Of a DNA stretch of 64,000 nt, positions 11,901 to 23,680 are shown in pieces. The translations under genes were made by a program, and so were the position numbers. The stretch's first letter is position 1. Every line of letters starts with the position of its first letter. The notes beneath the pieces were generated by a model. It was not told the origin of the DNA, did not search any database, and saw only the letters and a program-made list of their open reading frames with translations. Origin of the DNA: Macrostomum lignano (taxonomy: Eukaryota); assembly GCA_002269645.1 (NCBI GenBank), contig NIVC01002045.1, positions 146,068-210,067 on the forward strand. The letters are read 5' to 3'.

Positions 11901-13677
11901 CAAAGATTTTGTTATGAAAGTTTTAGAACATTTTTGTTACCTCAGTTTAGTTTTGTGTCGGTCTAATGTGGCGATTCTGTCTTCCAAACTTTTAATGGGG
12001 AATGAACAAGATAAATCTTGTAGCCTTCTATGGCGTACAAAGAAAGGACCACTGTCTATATACAGTGGTCCTTGGTACAAAGTATGTAGCATGTGATTTG
12101 ATTTTACATGTTTCACTGCTGATTTTGTGGTCTGTACAGACGAGACCGTTATTGTCCTAATCATCATAATCAACTGACTAAAGCGAGAAGAAATCTAAAA
12201 AAACATCTTGTCAAGAACCACGAAAAATTCGCGATATAATACTGTAATTTTAAGCACACTAAAGTCTCAGCTCTCAGCTTCTTATACCGGTATAAGTTGT
12301 CTGAAAAAAGTAACATAATCGTACAAGAATCAGAGCTACAAGTGCCCAAGGACTACTCAAGTAACATATACTCAAGTTGTCCTTGCAATTTCCATGCATA
12401 CTTCCATCGCTGCATCATGAGCTCGATACAGTGCTGCACTTGCATAACTTATTGGCTTACATGTATTTAGTCTACATTACATGTATATTATGCTTACTAC
12501 TACTATTTGCATGTACAGTATAGAATAACAATATTATTATACAGTAAGGTATACAGCGTATTACAGAATTCAGAAGTTGGGCAACAACTGGGGTTCATAT
12601 GATGGCTCGCATTTTTTTACAAAAAGACGAACTACATGTACTATATGCTACTAGACGTGCTTACAAACGCACGGCGAGTTTCCATAAACTTAATTAACGA
12701 CATGATTAATATACATGTAAGTCACACATGCATATTTGTGTAAAAGCTGTGTAAAAACCGCGACACAGGTGTCGATGTCGGCGCCCTTTTGACACTGCTT
12801 TTAAAACCTGATAGGGAATTTTTTCTTTTGCAAGTTTTTTATAAATAGCAATCAAAGTACGCGTATTACATGTACATGTATAGCATGTGTAATCGAAGCC
12901 CCGCGCTTGCTTGTAAACAATCACGAAAACAAATTAACAAACGAAATCTCTCTGCATACACATAAAAATTCCCAGAAGTTTTTGCTACCGTGAAATTTGT
13001 CTCGGCCAGCACGCAGCTGTTGATGGAACCTATCTAGATTATGTCATTGATTTGTGCACACAGCATTGGATGACCACACATGGCTGATTCATGCATCCAG
13101 CCTGTCCTTTGCATGCATGGTGCGCTCCTACATGTAGGTGGTCAAAAATGTCATCTGTTATGCGACTGTTCGCTCGCTTGACCGGTGGCCTCTGTGACTT
13201 TTTTATTCCTCGCCTTTGCATGTTTTTTTGAGGCTAATACTCTTGCGCGTCTGTTTTTCACAAATCAATAGCGGCAAGGAGAGGCAACACACGCAGCTTT
13301 GCACAGCGGGAGGGCTTGGACAATTCATCCAGTATAGCCCAGCTACCGCACGCTGCCGCTGCCGTGTCGGCTCTTTCGTCGGGTGTAGCTCGTACTGTAA
13401 AGGATCGGATACATGCAGGGGAAGGTTTGACATTAAGAAAAAAACCTGCAGGGCCCGGGTCCAAAACACAGCGTTTCAATCTTCCTTCACCCCGTTGGTG
13501 GCTGAAGCCGATTTCTGCCAACCACCCGCTGCTTTTACTGGCGGACCTACAGTAGCTCCCCCTCGCACCGAGGCTGTGCAGTATTTGTTGGCAAACAATT
13601 CATCCTGTGCCTGCAAATTCGGGCAAGTCGGGACAATCAAAGTCACAAACTAACCAGTGTGTTGCAGCAGCGCCAGC

Positions 13678-16368
13678 ATGACGCCAGCACCGTCCACCAA
13701 GACCGAGCAGGACTTTGCCGACTGTGCATTCGGCGACTTCTGGCTGCGCAAGATGCGGACGCTCTACAAGCAGCTGGACGCTGTTGGCAACGGCTACCTG
13801 TGCCTCGACGACATGATCGAGCTGCCCACCTTGCTGCTGGACGCGTTCCCCAAGATGGCGACGGAGTCGGGAGACACGCTGGTCAAGTCAATGATTGACC
13901 TCTGGTACGGTTTTCTGTGCACCTCGGTTGACGAGGACGATCGCTGCCATCACCAGCTGCTGGAGAACGATCTCATCGAGAGCCTGAAACGGACCTTGAA
14001 CACCGGTTTCAAGGAGCACCTGTACGAGGGCCTGGTGAAGCCGCTGTTTCAAGCAGCCGATTGCGACGCTGACGGCCTCATCAGCATGCTGGAGTACAAG
14101 ACTATGATGCGAGCTTTCAAGGTGCCGGACCGGGACTCTGAGCTCATCTTCAAGCTGCAGGACACCGAGCACAAGGGCAAGATTGGCTTGGAAACTTTTC
14201 GGGCCATCTTGGCGAACTACTTCTACAGCGAAGACGAAAAGACAGGTAGGAGGTTTGGCCTCACTCCGGTCATTAGCTCGGCCTCACTCTGGTCATTAGC
14301 TCGGCCTCACTCCGGTCATTAGCTCGGCCTCACTCCGGTCATTAGCTTGTTGCACCTCACTCTGGTCATTAGCTTGGCCTCACTCCGGTCATTAGCTCGG
14401 CCTCACTCCGGTCATTAGCTTGTTGCACCTCACTCTGGTCATTAGCTTGGCCTCACTCCGGTCATTAGCTTGTTGCACCTCACTCTGGTCATTAGCTCGG
14501 CCTCACTCCGGTCATTAGCTCGGCCTCACTCCGGTCATTAGCTTGTTGCACCTCACTCTGGTCATTAGCTCGGCCTCACTCCGGTCATTAGCTTGGCCTC
14601 ACTCCGGTCATTAGCTTGTTGCACCTCACTCTGGTCATTAGCTTGGCCTCACTCTGGTCATTAGCTTGTTGCACCTCACTCTGGTCATTAGCTTGTTGCA
14701 CCTCACTCTGGTCATTAGCTTGGCCTCACTCCGGTCATTAGCTTGGCCTCACTCCGGTCATTAGCTTGTTGCACCTCACTCTGGTCATTAGCTTGGCCTC
14801 ACTCCGGTCATTAGCTCGGCCTCACTCTGGTCATTAGCTTGTTGCACCTCACTCTCTGGTCATTAGCTCGGCCTCACTCTGGTCATTAGCTTGTTGCACC
14901 TCACTCTGGTCATTAGCTTGGCCTCACTCCGGTCATTAGCTCGGCCTCACTCTGGTCATTAGCTTGTTGCACCTCACTCCGGTCATTAGCTCGGCCTCAC
15001 TCTGGTCATTAGCTTGTTGCACCTCACTCCGGTCATTAGCTCGGCCTCACTCTGGTCATTAGCTTGTTGCACCTCACTCTGGTCATTAGCTCGGCCTCAC
15101 TCCGGTCATTAGCTCGGCCTCACTCCGGTCATTAGTTCGGCCTCACTCCGGTCATTAGCTTGGCCCCCAAACGAACGCCTCCCCAACCAAAGGCCTCCGT
15201 GTATTCGGGCCGCTCATCAACTACAAGCGACCGGAGGACTTCGGCGAGGTGGCGTGCGGCCCCTGCTGGGAGGGCAAAATGCGCTGCATGTTTCGCCGAC
15301 TGGACATCACTAATGAAGGCAAAATCAGCTGCAAGGATTTCATCCAGATAGCCAGGACTTTGTCCGTGCGCAGCCACCTGGACAAGCAGCGGAGCAACGC
15401 CGTTATGAGAGCGATTTTATCGTTGTGGATCAAGTTTATTGCCGTGGACAAGGACGGTGAGACTTACGATAGTGCATGCTTACACCTGCAACAGGTGTGA
15501 CTATCAGTGCATCCTCATGATGAACCAACGCAACAGGTGTGACTACTATTAGTGCATTCTCATGGTCACCAATGCAACAGGTGTGACTATTAGTGCATTC
15601 TCATGGTCACCAATGCAACAAGTGTGACTATCAGTGCATTCTTATGGTCACCAATGCAACAGGTGTGACTATCAGTGCATTCTCATGGTCACCAATGCAA
15701 CAGGTGTGACTATCAGTGCATTCTCATGCACTTCCTACGCCAAACCCGCCTCCGACAACGCCGCCCACAGGAAAGCACTTCGCCTCCATCACGGAGAAGG
15801 AGTTCATCAAGAACATGCGCACGCTCATCAATGGGAAATTCCGTCACGAGATCGACCAATTCGGCTGGACTTTCTTCAAGGCCGTGGAAACTTCCGGTGA
15901 CGGCTACATTCAGCTGCAGGAGTACCGCAACATCCAGGAGGCCTGGGGCGTCACCAGGGAGGAGGCCGACGGGTTCTTCAAGGTGCTCGACTTGGACAAG
16001 GTGCGCTAGGGATATTGGGGAGATGGTATTTTGGTATGAAGGCTTGCAGAAAGTAGATAGAGTGGATATTTGGTAGAGCGGATATTGGGTAGAGTGGATA
16101 TTTGGTAGAGTGGATATTGGGTAGAGGGGATATCAAGTTAATGGGCATCGGAAGGAAGGCATCTTGAGCAAATGATGCATTAATGGAGATTAAGCCTGTA
16201 GGATTTGCGGAAGAGAACTGTGGAACCCCGCCTGCTCACTCCCAGGACAACCGCATCTCGTCAGACGAGTACCTGACGGCCTGGTGCGACTACTTCCTTG
16301 GCGAGGACCCGCACAGCAAGTACAAGGCCCTGTTCGGCCCCGTCATCGCCAAGCCGGCGGCGCCTTGA
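13678..16368 (+). CDS. Tandem double-domain sarcoplasmic calcium-binding protein (SCP/calexcitin/photoprotein-like EF-hand fold), ~394 aa
   Basis: Exons 13678-14245, 15193-15456, 15771-16000 and 16246-16368 total 1185 nt and are in frame. Two homologous halves each start F/CWxxKMRxxF/YxxLD and end with YF.xED...FGP. EF loops include DCDADGLISMLE, ETSGDGYIQLQE and DLDKDNRISSDE. Confidence 0.88.
14252..15165. repeat. Mixed 23/27-bp minisatellite (GGTCATTAGCTCGGCCTCACTCC / GGTCATTAGCTTGTTGCACCTCACTCT) filling SCP intron 1
   Basis: Two interspersed unit variants, starting a few nt after the donor at 14246. Confidence 0.96.
15480..15730. repeat. ~39-bp minisatellite (GCAACAGGTGTGACTATYAGTGCATTCTCATGGTCACCAAT), SCP intron 2
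   Basis: About 6 copies are visible. Confidence 0.9.
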
Positions 16369-16509
16369 CGCGAAACTGAAAGGGTTTTTGAGATAACAAC
16401 AGCTCGTCAGTTTGATAGCCTCCAAACAAAATATGCCGCGATAAAAGTACACTCGCTACTTTCTTTATCCTGCCTTTCCTGCCTCTGATTTATTCAATTA
16501 CTCCTAGCT

Positions 16510-16900
16510 TTACTCTCGAACTATTTGCAGGTAGATACCCGTTGCTATGCAGGTGGGTATCCGTTGCTATGCTAGTGGATACCTGTTGCTATGCCAGCTG
16601 TGTACCCGTTGCTATGCCAGCTGTGTAGCCGTTGCTATGCTAGTGGATACCTGTTGCTATGCCAGCTGTGTACCCGTTGCTATGCCAGCTGTGTAGCCGT
16701 TGCTATGCAGGTGGGTATCCGTTGCTATGCTAGTGGATACCTGTTGCTATGCCAGCTGTGTACCCGTTGCCATGCCAGCTGTGTAGCCGTTGCTATGCTG
16801 TCGGATACCAGTTGCTGCTGTCGGATACCCGCTGCTATGCTGTCGGATACCCGTTGCTATGCAGGTAGATTCCCGTTGCTATGCCGGGTAGATACCCTAC
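16510..16900. repeat. ~23-bp minisatellite (core CCGTTGCTATGC) downstream of the SCP gene
   Basis: GTTGCTATGC recurs more than 15 times. Confidence 0.9.
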
Positions 16901-17439
16901 AACCTTCAAAGCAGGTATATTAAAGTAGTGCCTGTCGAGCTTCCCAGCTTCACGTGAGGAAATCCATAAAAGATTCCCTGCTCCCAACGCAATGATTCAA
17001 TAAATAATTCAGCTTTTTCCAAATGCATATTCCAATTTTCAACCATCCCCTGCTATTTTACATGTACATAGTAATTTAAGCTGCCAATTGACGTAATTTA
17101 TCCCCTAGAGCAACGCATTCAACACCTTACTTTAAGTAGCATATAATATTTCACCATGCGATAATCGGACTTAAAATATATGATTGCTTTCTTAAAAGCC
17201 AATTCGTTAGAAATTATTTAAAGAATCTTAGTAGCTATCATAATTTATGGCAGTAAATCCTGCAGTATTGTCGCAGGTGTTGATTGACTTTGTGAGTTGT
17301 TTCGCGTACGTACGGCCAGCTGCAATGCAAATCTATCGCTGCTTGACAGATGAGACCTTCGCCCAGCTGAATTGACTGCTGAGTTGCAGCAAATGTCAAT
17401 CATTTTAGAATTGGCATCCCGGTGTCCCCATCTACTGGC

Positions 17440-17835
17440 GCCCCTCTCCGCAATTTGGCGTCCCTCTATTTAGCGTGGCGTCCCTCTTCTCAATGTGGCG
17501 CCTAGCTCTTTCCTTGACGTGGCGCCCCTCTCCTTGATGTGACTCCCCTCTCTTCAATGTGGCGCCCCTTTCCTTGACGTGGCGACCATCTCCTTGACGT
17601 GGCGCCCCTCTCCTTGACGTGGCGCCCCTCTCTTCAATGTGGCGCCCCTTTCCTTGACGTGGCGCCCCTCTCTTCAATGTGGCGCCCCTTTCCTTGACGT
17701 GGCGACCCTCTCCTTGACGTGGCGCCCCTCTTTTTAATGTGGAGCCCCTTTCCTTGACGTGGCGCCCCTCTATTTAATAAGACAACCCACTCTTTAATGT
17801 GGCGCCCCTCTGGCACCCCTATTCTCAGCGTGGCG
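17440..17835. repeat. 20-bp minisatellite (GTGGCGCCCCTYTCYTTGAC / ...TTCAAT) with alternating dimer structure
   Basis: GTGGCGCCCC recurs about every 20 bp. Confidence 0.92.
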
Positions 17836-17983
17836 CCCCTATCTTTAATATGGCGCTTCTTTCTGTAGTGACTTGGCTGCTAACTGGCTATTCAGCAGCA
17901 TTTACTAGCTATCTCTACGGGCTCTGTGATCCGCTGCACAGCAGCTCAGTCCCCTGTGCTGGGCCTAAGTGTTTACTACCCGA

Positions 17984-18281
17984 TGACTCATCACCTGCCC
18001 TCGCGCGCGCGGAGTGTAATGGCTGCCTAGAGGGAGTAAACAGGATGACTCATCCGCCCAAGTTATATTTTTAGCACAGAATAAGCACGTGACTGTGCAC
18101 GCATGCTATGCGTGGCCTCTGACCTTAAATTACGCCACTGCTGCGTGACAGGGTTACCTTATTTGGAAGTTGGCCTTGGATCACGCATCGCTCGCATGAT
18201 TCTAAGGACCAAATAAGGGAGTTTCACGCGCTCACCGCATGAAACTCACGTGACTTTTGGGGGTCCGCTCGGCTATAAATA
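17984..18281 (+). promoter_or_regulatory. Candidate Pol II promoter: 2x ATGACTCAT (AP-1 type), 2x CACGTGAC (E-box) and TATAAATA
   Basis: TGACTCA at 17984 and 18046, CACGTG at 18086 and 18247, TATAAATA at 18274-18281. Function is inferred only. Confidence 0.45.
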
Positions 18282-19671
18282 CAGAGCATCTGGGAGCCGT
18301 TTTTTCCCCAGAGCGTCTCGTCGCGGAGCAGGAGCTGCCTCTCTGCCTCCGAGCTCTCCTCTCTCATTTCAGGATTTTCAGGTTTTCAGGTTCGAGCAGC
18401 AATTTTAGGAACGATCAACTGTCGAGACATTTTTCAGATTTGCCTTGCTCCGAGCGACTTCGTTATTTTATTTCAGGTGACGGATAGACAACTCTGTCGA
18501 CGCGTCGAGTCTGCACACCAAGGTGGCAGCAACCCTACCAAGTCTAAGGCTAACGTTTTAGGTTCTTTTTCAGGCAAATCGATAGGTAGTACAACAGTAC
18601 TATCTAGCTACTTCCGGAGCAGCGAGTTCTATTTCTAGGAACCTCTTCAAGAACTCGGGAAGGAGCGTAACATTTCCTTAGCGTGGCGCCCATGTTTCAA
18701 GTTGGACGCGAATCTAGCAGCGCCTCAGATAATAAAACTCAAAATATGAGCAGCTCAGAAAGTGAAAGTGCATTATTGCATGTAGCTCGCACTGTTGAAG
18801 AAAAAAGGAATCCATTTAACATTTTTTCTCCATGGAAATATGACTAATTTTCCTAGTAAGCAAAAAAAGATTCCTGGAGCATATGGTATGCTGGCTGTTG
18901 AGACCGAGCCCGCCCAGGGGCATTCAATGTTGAGCGGCTCCCAGATCCCGGCTGAGCCACAGCCAGTCATAAGCTGCTTCAGACAGACCCCGACAGGAGA
19001 TCGCAGAGACAGAAAGACAGAGAACTCAGACTTTCCTCACAATTTTTACTCAGTTCCGAAAGCCAGAAAAATCTAAGCGAGCCAAGCAGCTCAGCCCAGC
19101 GCAGAGATAAAGTCGGGTGCAGGGGGGGGGAGTCCTCTCTTGGGGCTTAGCGAGCCCAGTCGGAGGTGCCTGCAATGCAAAGGTAAATCCGCAGCTTGGT
19201 GGGTGGGAGAGAGCTGAGCAGGCAAGGGTAAGCGGGCAGCAGCTACTCAGTACTCGCTCACCTATAAGCCGATTCTGAGAGCTTGTCTCTGCTGAGCCCG
19301 CCAGCTTGTGCCTCTCCCTTCCCTCGTTGCGGCACTGCGCTGTACATTGCGCACCCGCGCGGGACTGCCGCTTTGCCGGCCCAAGAAAATAAAGGAAGAA
19401 AGGCCTTTGGGACACGCAGTCAGCAAGCCAAAGCCTTCCGTGTGTCTGTGTGGGACTCTCGGCAGCTCGCTCGGGGCAGAGGCGTCACCCCTGCTTCCCC
19501 AACCGCCCCCTCGGCTGCTTCTACGCGCGCAGAAATTGCCAAGCTGAGCCCCCAAAACTGCTCAGCTCAGCCTTGGAATAACAGATAATTTTATATACTG
19601 AAATCCTCCCATTCTCTGACGCCTCTCCCAATTCCGATTTCGTAAGCTCAAGGCAGCAGCGACGCGCAAAG

Positions 19672-20733
19672 ATGAAGCGCAGGCCGAACTTCAGCCCCGC
19701 CGAGATGGAGGCGCTGATCGACGGCGTGGCGGCCAGCCGGGCGGTGGTGGCCGGCGCCAGCTCCGGCCGGGTGTCCAAGGCCAGCAAGGAGCGGGCCTGG
19801 CTGGCCATCACCGGCGGGGTGAACGCCGTTAGCCAGCTGCACCGCACCGTCGGCGAGGTCAGGAAGAAGTGGAAGAATCTCCGCATGGTGACGAAGGCCA
19901 AGAAGGAAGCGCTGCTGTCCGAGCTGGTCCAGGCGTGCCGCAGCCCCGATGGCCACGGTGGCGGCGCGGTGGACGCGGCAGCCGCCGCGCTGAAGCAGCT
20001 GAGCCCGACAGAGTGCCGCGTCATGGAGATCCTGGAGGGCGGAGCCGCCACCGCCGCTGTCGACGCCGCCATAGACGATCTGGATGACGGCCACCAGCTC
20101 GGCGACGACGGCAACTGGTCGACAGACGGCGACGCCGCCGACGCCGAGCAGGAGCGGCCGCTGCCGATCGACAGGTCGGAGATCATCCTCACCCGCCGCC
20201 TGCCACGCCCGGCCTCACCGCTGCCGCTGCCTCCGGCACCGCCGACGCTGACTCTGATGCCGGCCGCGGCCCAGGCAGCGGTGGCGGCAGCTCCGCCCGC
20301 CCTGTTGAAGCCGTCGATCCTGACGTTCGTCGAGTCGCTTCAGCGACGCCTGCTGGCAGACGCCGAGGCTGCAGCGGCGACCGCGGCAAGCCCGACCGCG
20401 CCTCCGTCACCAACGGCCAAAAGCCGCGACCGGCACTGCAGCCGGCCCTGCCAGCGCTGCCGCTGCTGCCACTGCCGCCCCTCCCCGTCGGCAGGCAGCG
20501 GCGAGCAGCACCCGGCCGAGTCCATCGAGCGCCGCCTGCTGCGAGTCGAAGAGCGCCGGCTGCGGCTCGAGCGCGAGAAGCTGGCCGCCCTGCGCAGCAT
20601 AGGCGCCAGTCTGCGCCACATCGCCGGCGCCCTGACGATCGGCAACGGAGCGCCGGCTGCGCTTAGCGACGCCTGCCAGGTTGTTAAGGACGCCGATGAG
20701 GAGAGTCAAGAAGCTTCTCAGCAGGATTACTAG
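19672..20733 (+). CDS. Intronless Myb/SANT-like DNA-binding protein (Myb_DNA-bind_5; NAIF1/MSANTD-like), 353 aa
   Basis: The N-terminus KRRPNFSPAEMEALIDGV...KERAWLAITGGVNAV...RTVGEVRKKWKNLR is the family signature. A low-complexity middle is followed by a C-terminal coiled coil (IERRLLRVEERRLRLEREKLAALRSI). Confidence 0.88.
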   Translation: MKRRPNFSPAEMEALIDGVAASRAVVAGASSGRVSKASKERAWLAITGGVNAVSQLHRTVGEVRKKWKNLRMVTKAKKEALLSELVQACRSPDGHGGGAVDAAAAALKQLSPTECRVMEILEGGAATAAVDAAIDDLDDGHQLGDDGNWSTDGDAADAEQERPLPIDRSEIILTRRLPRPASPLPLPPAPPTLTLMPAAAQAAVAAAPPALLKPSILTFVESLQRRLLADAEAAAATAASPTAPPSPTAKSRDRHCSRPCQRCRCCHCRPSPSAGSGEQHPAESIERRLLRVEERRLRLEREKLAALRSIGASLRHIAGALTIGNGAPAALSDACQVVKDADEESQEASQQDY

Positions 20734-20868
20734 AGACTGTTGTGACCAGATACTCAACTTTGAGTTCCCTTTTATTGATGGTGGCTGAGCATTTCTCAAC
20801 TCAGAACTTTGAGCCACAGGCAGTGGCAGCCTCTGCTGCTTCCGATGCCTAAGCTTCTCCTTGTGCCA

Positions 20869-21230
20869 GACTGACTGACTGACTGACTGACTGACTGACT
20901 GACTGACTGACTGACTGACTGACTGACTGACTGACTGACTGACTGACTGACTGACTGACTGACTGACTGACTGACTGACTGACTGACTGACTGACTGACT
21001 GACTGACTGACTGACTGACTGACTGACTGACTGACTGACTGACTGACTGACTGACTGACTGACTGACTGACTGACTGACTGACTGACTGACTGACTGACT
21101 GACTGACTGACTGACTGACTGACTGACTGACTGACTGACTGACTGACTGACTGACTGACTGACTGACTGACTGACTGACTGACTGACTGACTGACTGACT
21201 GACTGACTGACTGACTGACTGACTGACTGA
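20869..21230. repeat. (GACT)n microsatellite, ~90 copies
   Basis: Perfect tetranucleotide run. Confidence 0.99.
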
Positions 21231-21854
21231 ATGGGTCAGGAATGACTATTTCAGTTTTCAATCGCCTTATTTTAAGTGGCCTAATTTGTTAAAAATATGC
21301 ATCCTATTTCAGCCAAAATCGCAAGCCGCACCTGGTGTTTGATTGACGCTATTCTCCTACAGCCAACTAAATGCCAATGATTATAAAAACCATAACAGTT
21401 TACAACTCATTGCTTTCAACAAACATGACTTTTTAATAATGAATGACTTTTTAAGGTATTAAATTGAAAGTAAAAAAAAATTGTATCAAAAATCAATTAA
21501 GTAAACTTTTCTTATAATTGAAAAGTACTAAGCAAAATATGCGCATAGGTAATGATTGAAACATAGCCGAAAATATATAGCTCACTTACAACAAGGCCTT
21601 AATAGCTCTTGACTAATACGGAGCGAGACAGTAAAGAGCACAAATACTTGCATGCCAGGGAATGAAAATGTATGTGCAACCCACTGCAAAACAAAATATG
21701 GAGCTTATTAAGCACGGATAAAGTAATTGCTGAGCCGTAACAACTACAAATAACAGAAGTTGGGGGTCATTTGAATACGCTACAGTTATCGAGTTATGTA
21801 CATAAGGACAGATGTACATGTAGTTACTTTTGGGGTCATTTCAAGACAGAACAG

Positions 21855-22200
21855 GTTTGGGGTCATCTGAGGATGCAACGGACTTGGGATCTTCTGAGGA
21901 CACAACGGACTTGGGTTCATCAAAAGACATAATGGACTTAGGGTCATCTGAGGACATAACGGACTTGGGGGTCATCTGAGGACATAACGGACTTGGGGGT
22001 CATTTGAGGACATAACGGACTTTGGGTCATTTGAGGACATAACGGACATAGGGTCATTTGAGGACGTAATGGACTTGGGGTCATTTGAGGACATAATGGA
22101 CTTGGGGGTCATCTGAGGACATAACGGACTTGGGGGTCATTTGAGGACATAATGGACTTGGGGTCATTTGAGGACATAATGGACTTGGGGTCATCTGGGA
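21855..22200. repeat. ~28-bp minisatellite (GGGTCATYTGAGGACATAAYGGACTTG)
   Basis: About 12 copies, degenerate towards the left. Confidence 0.92.
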
Positions 22201-22844
22201 TCATTTATGAATGCAATGCCAAGCCAAACTGAATCTCTAAAAACTGATGGAAAGTCAGCCCTGCCAGCCCAAAAACCTACTCGCTAGCCCGCACATTGCA
22301 GAGCATAGCTACTAAAAAACTGACAAAAAATCCTGACAAGGCAGATAAAAACGGAGCACACGGACAAGAAGACCCAGTTCAAAGTCGTATTGCACATAAC
22401 CTTTGTTCCCGGCCGTACCTGGCACTGTCAATCAAAAATAAAAAAAACGACGCTCCGCACGCGCGCTTAAAAAATTGTCGAAGGCGGCGACACAACAGAA
22501 GGCACTCAAATATGACAACACTGCGCCTTGGCAAATATGCCAAATAGCCACAAAAGAATAATAATACAAGACATAAGTACTCTGCTCTGGGTTATTTTAT
22601 TGAGCACACCAGTTGGTCAATACAATAGTGGAGGGCTTCAGGCACACGGTACGCACACGACAGGGGTAAGCTCTTTGCTTGATTAAATGTCGTTTTCATT
22701 TATCTATAAAGCTTAGGATACTGCTCCTAAGAAAGCGTGGACTGTCTCGGAGAAGATTGCCTGCCAATAGCGGAAAGTGTCGACAAATCTTCGGCAGAAT
22801 GTACGGCCGTCTAGGGAAACTATTTTTTGAAATTGTCTTTGACC

Positions 22845-23680
22845 GAATGTGTAGGTTGTCCATGGCGGAATGTGTAGGTTGCCTATGGTCAATTGTGTGG
22901 GTTGTCCATGGCAGAATGTGTAGTTTGTCTATGGCAGAATGTGTAGGCTGTCTATGGTAAAATGTGTGGGTGGTCTATGGCAGAATGTGTAGGCTGTCTA
23001 TGGTAAAATGTGTGGGTGGTCTATGGCAGAATGTGTAGGTTGCCTATGGTCAATTGTGTGGGTTGTCCATGGCAGAATGTGTAGTTTGTCTATGGCAGAA
23101 TGTGTAGGCTGTCTATGGTAAAATGTGTGGGTGGTCTATGGCAGAATGTGTAGGCTGTCTATGGTAAAATGTGTGGGTGGTCTATGGCAGAATGTGTAGG
23201 TTGCCTATGGTCAATTGTGTGGGTTGTCCATGGCAGAATGTGTAGTTTGTCTATGGCAGAATGTGTAGGCTGTCTATGGTAAAATGTGTGGGTGGTCTAT
23301 GGCAGAATGTGTAGGCTGTCTATGGTAAAATGTGTGGGTGGTCTATGGCAGAATGTGTAGGTTGCCTATGGTCAATTGTGTGGGTTGTCCATGGCAGAAT
23401 GTGTAGGCTGTCTATGGTAAAATGTGTAGTTTGTCTATGGCAGAATGTGTAGGCTGTCTATGGTAAAATGTGTAGGCTGTCTATGGTAATATGTATAGTT
23501 TGTCTATGGCAGAATGTGTAGGCTGTCTATGGTAAAATGTGTAGTTTGTCTTTGGCAGAATGTGTAGGCTGTCTATGGCAGAATGTGTAGGTTGTCAATG
23601 TCATATGTGTGGGAGGTCTTATGAAAAAATTTGTAGTTTGTCTATGGCAGAATATGCAGTTTTTCTTTGGCAAAATGTGT
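22845..23680. repeat. 23-bp minisatellite (TCTATGGCAGAATGTGTAGGCTG) with a 161-bp higher-order repeat
   Basis: The variant GCCTATGGTCAATTG recurs at 22881, 23042, 23203 and 23364. Confidence 0.95.
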
